Assembly: GCA_024642465.1 (NCBI GenBank)
Contig: JAHEBA010000006.1
Location: 117-64,116, forward strand
DNA from: Alphaproteobacteria bacterium
Lineage (GTDB): Bacteria; Pseudomonadota; Alphaproteobacteria; Rhizobiales; Aestuariivirgaceae
DNA length: 64,000 nt
Direction: 5' to 3'
Positions within the stretch are counted from its first letter, which is position 1. Each line of letters opens with the position of its first letter. Below are positions 39,411-48,832 of the stretch, in pieces. Under the pieces are notes generated by a model. It saw only the letters and a program-made list of their open reading frames with translations. It was not told the DNA's origin and made no database searches. The position numbers and the translations under genes were made by a program.

Positions 39411-40259
39411 ATGGATTGGCTGACCGACCAGAAATTGCCCATCGGCGCGTGGGCCAAATCCGCCGTTGACTGGCTGATCGACAATGCCGGATTTGTCTTC
39501 GACTGGCTGTCTGTGATCCTGAAGTCGATGATCGACGGGCTGCTTTGGCTGCTGGAGTTGCCGCATCCGCTACTGTTCACCGCGCTGGTGGTGGCGCTGG
39601 CCTGGTGGCTCAAGCGCTCCGTGCCGCTGGCCGTGTTCGTGGCCCTGTCGCTGCTGTTCATCATCAACCAGGGTTACTGGGACGACATGATCAAGACGCT
39701 GGCGCTGGTCGTTGCGTCGGCGGTGGTGTGCATGGTGTTCGGCGTGCCGCTCGGCATCGCGGCGGCGCACAATCCGAGGTTCTCCGCCTTCCTGCGGCCT
39801 GTGCTCGACCTGATGCAGACCATCCCCACCTTCGTCTACCTGATCCCGGCGCTGATCCTGTTCGGGCTCGGCATGGTGCCGGGGCTCGTCGCCACGGTGA
39901 TCTTTGCCATTCCCGCACCCATCCGGCTGACCGAGCTCGGCGTCAAGTCCACCCCGAAGCAGCTGATCGAGGCAGGTGAGGCATTCGGCGCCACGCCCCG
40001 GCAATTGCTGTGGAAGGTGGAGCTGCCATGGGCGCTGCCGCAGATCATGGCGGGGCTGACGCAGACCATCATGCTGTCGCTGTCGATGGTGGTGATTGCG
40101 GCGCTGGTCGGTGCGCCGGGGCTTGGCGTGCCGGTGGTGCGCGCGCTCAACACCGTCAACATCGCCAAGGGTTTCGAGGCCGGCCTGATCATCGTTCTCG
40201 TCGCCATCGTGCTGGACCGGCTGTGCCGGGTCAGCGAACCGGGTCAGGGAGGGCGCTAG
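39411..40259 (+). CDS. choW: Choline ABC transporter permease
   Basis: DLMQTIPTFVYLIP, EAGEAFG loop. Confidence 0.92.
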   Translation: MDWLTDQKLPIGAWAKSAVDWLIDNAGFVFDWLSVILKSMIDGLLWLLELPHPLLFTALVVALAWWLKRSVPLAVFVALSLLFIINQGYWDDMIKTLALVVASAVVCMVFGVPLGIAAAHNPRFSAFLRPVLDLMQTIPTFVYLIPALILFGLGMVPGLVATVIFAIPAPIRLTELGVKSTPKQLIEAGEAFGATPRQLLWKVELPWALPQIMAGLTQTIMLSLSMVVIAALVGAPGLGVPVVRALNTVNIAKGFEAGLIIVLVAIVLDRLCRVSEPGQGGR

Positions 40260-40262
40260 GCC

Positions 40263-41312
40263 ATGGCGAACCCACCTGCCGTCCGGTTCAAGGACGTGGA
40301 CATCATCTTCGGCGACCGGCAGCGCGAGGCGCTCGAGCTGCTGGATAGCGGCGCCACCCGTGCCGAAATCAGCGACAAGTGCGGTGCGGTTCTGGGCGTG
40401 GCGGATGCGACGCTCGACGTGGCCGAGGGCGAGATCTTCGTGCTGATGGGGCTGTCCGGGTCGGGCAAGTCGACCTTGCTGCGGGCAGTGAACGGTCTCA
40501 ACAAGGTCGCGCGCGGCAAGGTGGAGGTGACGGTCGGCGGACGCACCACCGATGTCGCCTCGTGCAGCGCTGCCGCCCTGCGCCAGCTGCGCCAGGGCGA
40601 CGTCGCCATGGTGTTCCAGCAGTTCGCCCTGCTGCCGTGGCGCACGGTGGAGGAAAACGTCGGTTTCGGGCTGGAACTGGCCGGGCTGTCCGACACCGAG
40701 CGCAAGTCGCGGGTGCAGTCGCAGCTGGAGCTGGTCGGGCTCGACAAGTGGGCGACGCGCTATGCGCACGAGCTTTCGGGCGGCATGCAGCAGCGCGTCG
40801 GGCTTGCCCGCGCCTTCGCCACGCAAGCGCCGATCCTGCTGATGGACGAGCCATTCTCGGCACTCGACCCGCTGATCCGCACCCACCTGCAGGACGAGCT
40901 GCTGAAACTGCAGTCGGGGCTGAAACGCACCATCATCTTCGTCAGCCATGACCTCGACGAGGCGCTGAAGATCGGCAACCGTATCGCCATCATGCAGGAC
41001 GGGCGCATCGTGCAGGCCGGCACGCCGCAGGACATCGTGCTCAAGCCCGCCAATGCCTATGTGGCCGAGTTCGTTCAGCACATGAACCCGCTCAACGTGA
41101 TGACCGGGGCAACCATCATGCGCAAGCTGAAGCGCGGCGAGAAGGTCAAGGCCGGGTCAACGCTGATGCCGCCGGACGCAACCATGCGCGAGATCGTCGC
41201 CGAGTGCTGGAAGTCCGGCAAGGACGTGCTGATTGGCAAGAACGGCAAGGCGGACGGCGTGGTCGGCGAGGCCGAGATCTATGCGGCCCTGGTCAACCCG
41301 GCGCGCGGCTAG
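40263..41312 (+). CDS. choV: Choline ABC transporter ATPase
   Basis: GLSGSGKS, LSGGMQQRV, LLMDEPFSALD, HMNPL. Confidence 0.92.
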   Translation: MANPPAVRFKDVDIIFGDRQREALELLDSGATRAEISDKCGAVLGVADATLDVAEGEIFVLMGLSGSGKSTLLRAVNGLNKVARGKVEVTVGGRTTDVASCSAAALRQLRQGDVAMVFQQFALLPWRTVEENVGFGLELAGLSDTERKSRVQSQLELVGLDKWATRYAHELSGGMQQRVGLARAFATQAPILLMDEPFSALDPLIRTHLQDELLKLQSGLKRTIIFVSHDLDEALKIGNRIAIMQDGRIVQAGTPQDIVLKPANAYVAEFVQHMNPLNVMTGATIMRKLKRGEKVKAGSTLMPPDATMREIVAECWKSGKDVLIGKNGKADGVVGEAEIYAALVNPARG

Positions 41313-42449
41313 CTAGCCCGGCATCCTGCCCTCAAGTTGATCCAGCACCCAGATGCCGATGGCCTGCACCTGGTCGTCGCGCCATGACAGCGGCCCCGGC
41401 TTGTAGGCGACGGAGCCCAGCGCCTTCTGCTGCTTTTCGAGTATGCCGACATCCTCCCGGCCCACCAGTTCCCAGCGGTCGTAATAGGGCTTGGCCTTGG
41501 CCTCGAAGTCCGGATCGTCCAGCGTCTGTTTCGGGAAACAGCCGCCGATTTCCAGCAGCGAGCGGTCGTGCGCCAGCGGCGTCACGTTGAGCCACCACAT
41601 ACAGTCCTGTGCCACTGCAAACTGCAGGGACGGGTGGATGACGGTGAAGTAGGTGCCTTGCCGGGCGTCGTCGTCGAGGCCGTCGATGGCGGGGAAGGGG
41701 GGCGGCTGTGTGCCAGGCAGCGTGGCGATGGAGCGGCCGGAAATAACCTGGATGCACAGCCAGTCGCCTTGGGTGGGCAAGGTGCGCGACTGTTGCGCGC
41801 CGACCGAGTCCTTGTGGACCACGCCGGTGTGGTAGGTCTCCATGGCGTTTTCCAGAATCAGCTTCCAGTTGCAGTTGGGCGCAAGCGTGATGCGCCAGGT
41901 GCAGGCCATGTCGTTGAGCTTGTGCGAGGCCATGCGCCGGGGCAGGTCGCCGAGGCAGTCGATGAGCGCGGGCGCGTCCCTGTTGTAGGTCGCGAAGATG
42001 AACCCGGCCCAGCTTTCCATGCGCAGCGGCACGAGGCCGTTCTCGGTGCGGTCGAAGCCTTCGGCGTCCTTCATGTCCGGACAGCCGTAGAGGGTTCCGT
42101 CGCTCAGATAGCTCCAGGCGTGATAAGGGCACACGATGCGCGAACAATTGCCTTCGCCCTCCACCAGGATGGAGCCGCGATGTCTGCAATAGTTGGCGAA
42201 CACGCGCGCCTTGCCGTCCTGGCCGCGAATGAGGATCACCGGTCCGCCTGCGGTGTCGAAGGTCAGGTAGTCACCGGGGTTCGGCACCTGCTCTTCGCGG
42301 GCAAGAAAGAACCAGCGCTTCAGCAGGATCTGCTGGCGCTCGGCGGCGAAGATGGCGGGGTCGGTATAGAAGCCCGCCGGCATGGAGCGGGCGCGGTTTA
42401 GCGGTGCGGTGGCGGCGTGGAGGTCATCGCGGTTGAGCATGGGCGGCAT
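41313..42449 (-). CDS. Rieske non-heme iron oxygenase alpha subunit (choline/carnitine monooxygenase-like)
   Basis: CRHRG...CPYH; NWKLILENAMETYHTGVVH; EDVGILE. Confidence 0.9.
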   Translation of the reverse strand: MPPMLNRDDLHAATAPLNRARSMPAGFYTDPAIFAAERQQILLKRWFFLAREEQVPNPGDYLTFDTAGGPVILIRGQDGKARVFANYCRHRGSILVEGEGNCSRIVCPYHAWSYLSDGTLYGCPDMKDAEGFDRTENGLVPLRMESWAGFIFATYNRDAPALIDCLGDLPRRMASHKLNDMACTWRITLAPNCNWKLILENAMETYHTGVVHKDSVGAQQSRTLPTQGDWLCIQVISGRSIATLPGTQPPPFPAIDGLDDDARQGTYFTVIHPSLQFAVAQDCMWWLNVTPLAHDRSLLEIGGCFPKQTLDDPDFEAKAKPYYDRWELVGREDVGILEKQQKALGSVAYKPGPLSWRDDQVQAIGIWVLDQLEGRMPG

Positions 42450-42494
42450 TCCGAGTTCCTGGTTCGCGGATGCTATGCCCGGGGCTTTCCGGTT

Positions 42495-45400
42495 TCAATG
42501 GAAGTCGCGGCTTTTGGGTATGACGCGGACATTGTGCGGGTGGCGGGCAGGCAGGCCGCGCCGGTCATGGGTCGGCCGGGCAATCTCGTCGGCGCGCGCC
42601 AGCGGGTTTTTCAGTTCGACCTCGTCCGACAATTCAGCCAGCCAGTGGGTGCAGTCCTCGATCTTGTCCGCCACCACGTGGATGATGTCGCCACTGCGCT
42701 GCACGCGGCCTGACACCAGCATCAGCCGCGCACCCATCACCGTTGCGCGGTGCGTCTCAAGCACCTTGGGCCAGATCACCAGGTTGCACACGTCAAACTC
42801 GTCCTCCAGCGTGATGAACACCACGCCCTTGGCCGAGCCGGGGCGCTGGCGCACCAGCACGACGCCGGCCACCTTCACCTTGCGGGCATCCTTCAGGGTC
42901 TTCAACGCCTCGTTGTCCGTCACCCCCATTTCCTCGCAGCGGGTGCGCAGGAAGCTCATCGGGTGCGCCTTCAGGGACAGCTTGAGCGTCTGGTAGTCGT
43001 TCACCACGTGCTCGCCCAACACCATTTCCGGCAGGGTGACGGGCGTGTCCTCACCGGCGTCTTCGGCGCCTGCATGGGTGAACAGCGGCAACGGTTTCGC
43101 CTTTGCCAGCGCCTGCGCCTGCCACAGGGCCTGGCGGCGGTCGATGCCGATGGAACGGAACGCATCGGCTTCGGCCAGTCTGACGATGGCGGCGGCGGGA
43201 ATGCCTGTCCGGTGAAGGTGGGGGAGGGACATATAAGGGTGATGGTTTGGAAGCATCCTCCCATCCGCTTCCTTCAGCCCGTCCACCAGGCGAAGCCCCA
43301 GTCGCACCTGTGGCGGGCGGGCGGGGCCGCCTTCCAGCGTGCAGTCCCAGGCGGAGAAGTTCACGTCCGGCGCATGAACCGTGACGCCATGCTCGCGGGC
43401 ATCGCGCACCAGCTGGGCAGGCGCGTAGAAGCCCATCGGCTGCGAGTTGAGGATGGCGGCGCAGAACGCTGCCGGGTAATGGCACTTGAGCCAGCTCGAC
43501 ACGTAGACAAGATGGGCGAAGCTGGCGGCGTGGCTTTCGGGGAAGCCGTATTCGCCGAAGCCCTTGATCTGGTTGAAACAGCGCTCGGCGAATTTGCGTT
43601 GATAACCGCGCTCCACCATCCGGTTGATCATCTTCTGCTCCAGCCGGCCGATGGTGCCGCGCCGCCGGAAGGTCGCCATGGCCTTGCGCAACTCGTTCAG
43701 TTCGCCCGGCGTGAAGTCTGCCGCCACCATGGCAAGCTTCATGGCCTGCTCTTGGAACAGCGGCACGCCCCTGGTGCGGCCCAGCACCTCGCGCAGTTCG
43801 TCCCTGTGGCCGTGCTCCGGCGCAGGCGCGGGGTACTCCTCCGACTCCAGCCCGTCGCGGCGGCGCAGGTAGGGGTGCACCATGTCGCCCTGGATGGGAC
43901 CAGGGCGGACGATGGCCACCTCGATGACGAGGTCATAGAAGCAGCGGGGCTTCAGCCTCGGCAGCATGTTCATCTGGGCGCGGCTTTCTACCTGGAACAC
44001 GCCGACCGAGTCGGCCCGGCACAGCATGTCGTAGACGGCCGGGTCCTCGCGCGGCACGGTGGCGAGGCAATACTTCACGCCATACCAGCCCTCGATCAGG
44101 TCGAAGCACTTCCTGATGCAGGTCAGCATGCCGAGCGCCAGCACATCCACCTTCAGGATGCCGAGGGTGTCGATGTCGTCCTTGTCCCATTCGATGAGGG
44201 TGCGGTCCTGCATCGCCGCGTTGCCGATGGGCACCGTCTCGTCCAGCCGCCCGCGCGTCAGCACGAAGCCGCCCACATGCTGCGACAGGTGGCGCGGGAA
44301 ACCGGCCAGTTCGTCGCAAATGTCCAGCACCTGCGCGATCACCGAGTCGGCGGTGTCGAGGCCAGCCTCCTTCAACCGCTCATCGGACATCTCTTCCGAC
44401 ATGCGGCCCCAGACGATGCCGGCCAGCGCCGAGGTCACGTCTTCCGACAGGCCCATCACCTTGCCTACCTCGCGCACGGCTGATCTTCCGCGATACGTTA
44501 TGACGGTGGCGGCCAGGCCTGCCCGCTCGCGGCCATAGCGCTGGTAGATGTACTGGATCACCTCTTCGCGCCGCTCGTGCTCGAAGTCCACGTCGATGTC
44601 GGGCGGCTCCTTACGCTCTTCGGAAATGAAGCGTTCGAACAGCAGGTCGATTGCCGCCGGGTCCACCGCGGTGATGCCGATGCAGTAGCACACGGCGGAG
44701 TTGGCCGCCGAGCCGCGGCCCTGGCACAGGATCGGTTCGGGGCGTGTGCGGGCGAAGTTGACGATGTCGTGCACGGTGAGGAAGTAGGGCGCGTAGCCGA
44801 GCTTGCCGATCAGCGCCAGTTCCTTCACCAGGTTGGCGCGCACCTTGTCCGGCAGACCTTGCGGATAGCGCACCTTTGCGCCGGCCCAGGTCAGGGCCTC
44901 CAGGTGTTTCTGCGGTGACGTTCCCTTCAGCACCGGCTCGTCCGGGTATTCGTATTTAAGTTCATCGAGCGAGAAGGTGCAGGCCTCGGCGATTTCATTG
45001 GTGCGCGCGATGGCGGCGGGGTGATCGCGGAACAGCCGGGCCATTTCCTGCGGTGGCTTCAGATGACTTTCGGCGTGGGGCGCCAGCAGGTATCCGGCCT
45101 CGTTGATGGTCACGCCTTCGCGGATGCAGGCCATCACGTCGGCAAGGCGCTTGCGCGCGGGGTGGTGGAAGTGCACGTCATTGGTGGCGAGCATCGGCGT
45201 GCGGTAGCGCGCTTCCAGCGCGGCCAGCCGGTTGAGGCGCGCCTTGTCGCGTCCTTCATGGCGGAAGGTGGCGGCGAGATATGGCTTTACCTCAAGGCGC
45301 TCGATGATGGTCTTGAGCGTTGCCTCGAATACCTCGCCCGGCCAACCCGGCGGTGGCACGGCGCAGAAGATCAGCCCCTGCTGGAACTCTGCAACATCAT

Positions 45401-45788
45401 CGAGCGTGATCAGGCACTCGCCCTTGCCCGCCCGGCGCTGGCCCAGGCTGATGAGGCGGCAGAGATTGCCGTAAGCGGCGCGGTCCGTGGGCCAGGCCAG
45501 AAGCGAGCAGGCAGGTGCAGGGGGCGATACGACGTGCAGGCCCTCAGGCGCTTCACCTTGCGCTGACGCCGTCATATCCAGCCGCGCGCCGATGATGCAG
45601 TTCAGGCCTGCTTCCTTCGCCGCGGCGTGCATGCGCACCGCACCTGCCAGCGAGTTGCGGTCGGTGACCGCCAGCCCTGAAAGCCCCAGGTGCATCGCCT
45701 GCGCCACCAGCTCCTCGGCGTGGGAGGCGCCGCGCAGGAACGAGAACGGCGTGGTGACCTGCAGTTCGGTGTAGGGCACGGGAGACAT
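42495..45788 (-). CDS. dnaE2: Error-prone DNA polymerase III alpha (ImuC)
   Basis: FSFLRGASH PHP start, GRGSAANS, PPDIDVDF, GFPESH, C-terminal SRDFH. Confidence 0.96.
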   Translation of the reverse strand: MSPVPYTELQVTTPFSFLRGASHAEELVAQAMHLGLSGLAVTDRNSLAGAVRMHAAAKEAGLNCIIGARLDMTASAQGEAPEGLHVVSPPAPACSLLAWPTDRAAYGNLCRLISLGQRRAGKGECLITLDDVAEFQQGLIFCAVPPPGWPGEVFEATLKTIIERLEVKPYLAATFRHEGRDKARLNRLAALEARYRTPMLATNDVHFHHPARKRLADVMACIREGVTINEAGYLLAPHAESHLKPPQEMARLFRDHPAAIARTNEIAEACTFSLDELKYEYPDEPVLKGTSPQKHLEALTWAGAKVRYPQGLPDKVRANLVKELALIGKLGYAPYFLTVHDIVNFARTRPEPILCQGRGSAANSAVCYCIGITAVDPAAIDLLFERFISEERKEPPDIDVDFEHERREEVIQYIYQRYGRERAGLAATVITYRGRSAVREVGKVMGLSEDVTSALAGIVWGRMSEEMSDERLKEAGLDTADSVIAQVLDICDELAGFPRHLSQHVGGFVLTRGRLDETVPIGNAAMQDRTLIEWDKDDIDTLGILKVDVLALGMLTCIRKCFDLIEGWYGVKYCLATVPREDPAVYDMLCRADSVGVFQVESRAQMNMLPRLKPRCFYDLVIEVAIVRPGPIQGDMVHPYLRRRDGLESEEYPAPAPEHGHRDELREVLGRTRGVPLFQEQAMKLAMVAADFTPGELNELRKAMATFRRRGTIGRLEQKMINRMVERGYQRKFAERCFNQIKGFGEYGFPESHAASFAHLVYVSSWLKCHYPAAFCAAILNSQPMGFYAPAQLVRDAREHGVTVHAPDVNFSAWDCTLEGGPARPPQVRLGLRLVDGLKEADGRMLPNHHPYMSLPHLHRTGIPAAAIVRLAEADAFRSIGIDRRQALWQAQALAKAKPLPLFTHAGAEDAGEDTPVTLPEMVLGEHVVNDYQTLKLSLKAHPMSFLRTRCEEMGVTDNEALKTLKDARKVKVAGVVLVRQRPGSAKGVVFITLEDEFDVCNLVIWPKVLETHRATVMGARLMLVSGRVQRSGDIIHVVADKIEDCTHWLAELSDEVELKNPLARADEIARPTHDRRGLPARHPHNVRVIPKSRDFH

Positions 45789-45798
45789 TTTCTTGCCT

Positions 45799-45883
45799 GT
45801 CATTCCCGCGAAAGCGGGAACCCAGTCCACATCTGCCGCAACCGTGGCCGATGGTATTGGATCCCCGTTTGCACGGGGATGAC
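45799..45883. repeat. Inverted doublet of REP-like palindromes
   Basis: GTCATTCCCGCGAAAGCGGGAACCCA ... TGGATCCCCGTTTGCACGGGGATGAC; each unit is a hairpin and the two units are inverted relative to each other. Confidence 0.8.
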
Positions 45884-45917
45884 GGATATCCTTGATCTAC
45901 TCACTCACTTTTCCTCT

Positions 45918-47480
45918 TCACTCAAACAACCCGTGCACGAACCAGTCCGGCGACGGCTGGTCCTGCTCCTCGTACAGGCCTTCGCGATAGATCCAGTAGC
46001 GCCGACCGGTTTCGTCCTCGACGGTGTAGTAGTCGCGGGTGCGTGGGGGGCGCGGCGCATGGCCGGACCGCCACCAGTCGGGCGCGATGCGTTCAGGCCC
46101 GGAAGCCTTCAGTACCTTCCTCGCCACGTGGCGCCAGGTGAAGCGCACCGGCGGCCCGTCCGGCACCGAGGCGATCACCTGTATCTCCTCCGGCCGGTCG
46201 AGCAATGTGACCGGTCGTGGAGGGATCTGTGGGGGTGGGGGTGAGAACTCCGTGCTTGCCTCACCGAATCCCTTCACCTGTTCGGCCCGCTCCGGCTGGC
46301 GGCTCGCAACCGGTACGGTGACGCTCACCGGCGCGCCGTCCTCGCGCGCGGCGATCCGGTCGGCCAGTTCCGCCAGTTCCGTTGCCGCACCGGCCTCGCG
46401 GGTCAGTGCTTCCTGAACGGCGGCAAGCGCCTGCGTTTCGCTGGCCCTCAGGCTGGCGGCGTCCACGCCGAAGCCGAGGTCGACCTTCTCCAGCCGGGGC
46501 GCCAGCAACCGCACCAGGTGTCCAGCCCGGGCGGACGGGCGCGACAGGCCCGCCTGCACCACGGCGCGCGAGCCGTCGGCGCGGTACAGCGCAAGCTCGA
46601 CATGTGCCGCGCCTTCTCCCGCGCGGGTCAGTTTCAGGCAGAGGGCCGCGCTCAGGTGCTCCAGCATGGCGAGTACGCCGTCATGGCTCATCAGCGGCTC
46701 CATCACCGCATGGCGCACCGCAAACTCCATCGGTGGCGACAGGGGTGACAGCGGCGTGCGGATGAGGCCGAGGCTTTCGTCCAGCCGTTCCATCAGCCGG
46801 GCGTGCCTCTCCTTCGCCCGGAAGCGGCGGGCGAGGCTGGCGCGCGGCACGTCGTAGAGCTGGCCGATGCGCTTGAGCCCGGCGCGACGCAGTGTGGTCA
46901 CCGTGTCGGCATCGAGGTCAAGCGCCTCCACCGGCAGTGTCGCCAGCGCGGTGCGCTCGGCGCCTTCAGCCACGATGGGGCTGCCAAGCTGGCCATAGCG
47001 GGCAATGGCGCGGGCTGCCGGGGCGGTGCCGGCAAGGCCTGCGCGCGCCGTTACGTTGAGCCTGCCGAAGCGGCCGGCCATGTCGGCCCGCAACATCGCT
47101 TCGCCGCCGAACAGGTGCGCCACGCCGGTCACGTCGAGCAGCAGGCCGTCCGGCGGGTCCATCGCCACCCAGGGGCTCCAGCGTTCGGCCCAGCGCGCCA
47201 TGCGCAACAGGCTGGCGGCGTCCTCAGCCGGCTCGTGCACGGCGGAGGCGAGGTCCGGCACTTTCGCCCGCGCATCGGCCAGCCGCTCGCCGGGCTGGAG
47301 GCCGCGGGCGCGTGCCTCGTCGTTGCAGGCGGCAAGCCTAAGCCCCCTCGCGCCCGGCATGACCAGCACGAACGGCACGTGCGCCGACAAGAGCGGGCTC
47401 GACAGCCCCTTCGCCGTCAGCGCCCGTTTCAGCCGCTCGATGGGCAGATGGGGAAACCAGAGAGAAACGATGCGTTGCAT
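45918..47480 (-). CDS. imuB: Y-family polymerase-like protein ImuB
   Basis: RIVSLWFP, RWSPWV..DPPDGLLLD, GPERI.PDWW, RDYY.VEDETGRRYW. Confidence 0.93.
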   Translation of the reverse strand: MQRIVSLWFPHLPIERLKRALTAKGLSSPLLSAHVPFVLVMPGARGLRLAACNDEARARGLQPGERLADARAKVPDLASAVHEPAEDAASLLRMARWAERWSPWVAMDPPDGLLLDVTGVAHLFGGEAMLRADMAGRFGRLNVTARAGLAGTAPAARAIARYGQLGSPIVAEGAERTALATLPVEALDLDADTVTTLRRAGLKRIGQLYDVPRASLARRFRAKERHARLMERLDESLGLIRTPLSPLSPPMEFAVRHAVMEPLMSHDGVLAMLEHLSAALCLKLTRAGEGAAHVELALYRADGSRAVVQAGLSRPSARAGHLVRLLAPRLEKVDLGFGVDAASLRASETQALAAVQEALTREAGAATELAELADRIAAREDGAPVSVTVPVASRQPERAEQVKGFGEASTEFSPPPPQIPPRPVTLLDRPEEIQVIASVPDGPPVRFTWRHVARKVLKASGPERIAPDWWRSGHAPRPPRTRDYYTVEDETGRRYWIYREGLYEEQDQPSPDWFVHGLFE

Positions 47481-48273
47481 GATGCCAGTCCACGGTCCAG
47501 GCGCCGGGCCTGCTGCCCCGGCTACGGGTAAGCTCAAGACGCCAGGCGGGGTTGCCGGGCGCGGTTGCGTCGAAAGGCGGCGGGATGGAGGGCGCCGGCG
47601 CGACCTGCCAGCGGGTGCGCGCCGCGGTGGCGCCGTCGCGGGGCCTTGTGAACACCATCAGGCAGGGCGTTTCGCCTTCCTGCGCGGCCAGCATGGCGCG
47701 CCGGGTGGCGGTCAGGTCGAAGCGGTCATGATTGCCGTCGCACACCACCATCGCCACTGCGCGCGACCTGAGCGCCTCCTCGATGGTCCACAACACGGCG
47801 GCGGGCTTCCTCAGCGATACGGTGAGCAGCCGCTCATGGGTCAGACCGAAGCGGGCGAGGCCATGCCCGTACAGCCGGCCATATTCCGACACATCGCCGA
47901 GCGCGCGCACCCACAGCACCGGCCGTCGGTCCTCCGGGTTCAGGCCGATGAGGCGGCGTGCGGCAAGAGCGGCAGCAAAGCCCAGCGCGGCAGGTGCATC
48001 GCCATAGGAGCGCGCCACCACCTCATGGACGCTATGCGGGTGCAGCCCGCCTGCCGGCAGGTGCGCGTCGATTTCGGCAAGGCCGGTGATCCAGCCGACG
48101 GCTGCGCCGGCCATCACGTCAGCGGTCGCATCGAGCGACGGGCCGTCCCCGGCAATGCGGTCGATATGGCCTTTCAGCCTGCCGATCAGCCGGGCGCGGG
48201 CGTCTGCATCCAGCCGGTTGATCGGCTGAAGCGTGTTCCCGTGCACCTGATATGCCTGACTCCGGCCCGTCAT
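47338..48273 (-). CDS. imuA: RecA-like ImuA
   Basis: TGLAEIDAHL..GGL....HE, LWTIEEALRS, RR..LAA, ARTRW; first gene of the cassette. Confidence 0.88.
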   Translation of the reverse strand: MTGRSQAYQVHGNTLQPINRLDADARARLIGRLKGHIDRIAGDGPSLDATADVMAGAAVGWITGLAEIDAHLPAGGLHPHSVHEVVARSYGDAPAALGFAAALAARRLIGLNPEDRRPVLWVRALGDVSEYGRLYGHGLARFGLTHERLLTVSLRKPAAVLWTIEEALRSRAVAMVVCDGNHDRFDLTATRRAMLAAQEGETPCLMVFTRPRDGATAARTRWQVAPAPSIPPPFDATAPGNPAWRLELTRSRGSRPGAWTVDWHHATHRFSLVSPSAHRAAETGADGEGAVEPALVGARAVRAGHAGREGA

Positions 48274-48297
48274 GGCGGCCTTTTGCTCCCGATTTAT

Positions 48298-48312
48298 GTT
48301 CTTGTTTTGTTC
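48298..48312 (-). promoter_or_regulatory. Alphaproteobacterial LexA (SOS) box
   Basis: GTTCTTGTTTTGTTC = GTTC-N7-GTTC, about 25 bp upstream of imuA. Confidence 0.9.
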
Positions 48313-48350
48313 TAAATCGGAGTCTGCGATGGAGTCAAGCAACCAAGGAG

Positions 48351-48832
48351 TTAATTCATAAGCCAGATGGTGAAATTCAATGCTGCGGCGAAGCTGACCC
48401 AGGCGATGTAGGGGATGAACAAGAGCCCGGCGATACGGTCTATCCGCCAGAACAGCCAGCCCGTCACGGCGATGGACAACCAGAACGGCACCATTTCGAT
48501 CAGGCCGAGCAGGGGTGATTGCGCGCCGAAGAAACAAAAGGTCCAGCCGAAATTGAAGGCCAACTGGATGAAGAACCAGATGAGCGGCGTGCGGGCCTGT
48601 CCATTCCATCCGCCGCCGGCCTGCCACACCCGTGCCGCAGCCACGCCCATGGCGATGTAGAGAATTGTCCATACCGGGCCGAACACCCAGTCAGGCGGGT
48701 TCCAGGAAGGCTTGGAGATTGTCCGGTACCAGCCGTCAACCGCGCCAATGGTTGCCCAGCTTGCAATGCTGCCCACGGCAAGGCAAAGGGCGACGAATGC
48801 GGCAGTAAAACGCGCCAGCCGGTAAATCTCAT
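48351..48832 (-). pseudogene. tspO: TspO/MBR tryptophan-rich sensory protein, apparent single-base frameshift near 48803
   Basis: WY..KPSWNPPDWVFGPVW, PYIAWVSFAAALN; the ATG coupled to the upstream stop (48832) is out of frame with the body. Confidence 0.7.

Noticed and set aside
45789..45830. N-terminal extension MDWVPAFAGMTGKK on DnaE2 in the ORF track
   Set aside because: It is the translation of the REP-like palindrome; DnaE2 homology begins at MSPVPYTELQ (45788).
48274..48672. Long N-terminal extension of ImuA in the ORF track
   Set aside because: It runs through tspO and the LexA box; the start at 48273 fits the SOS-box position and ImuA length.
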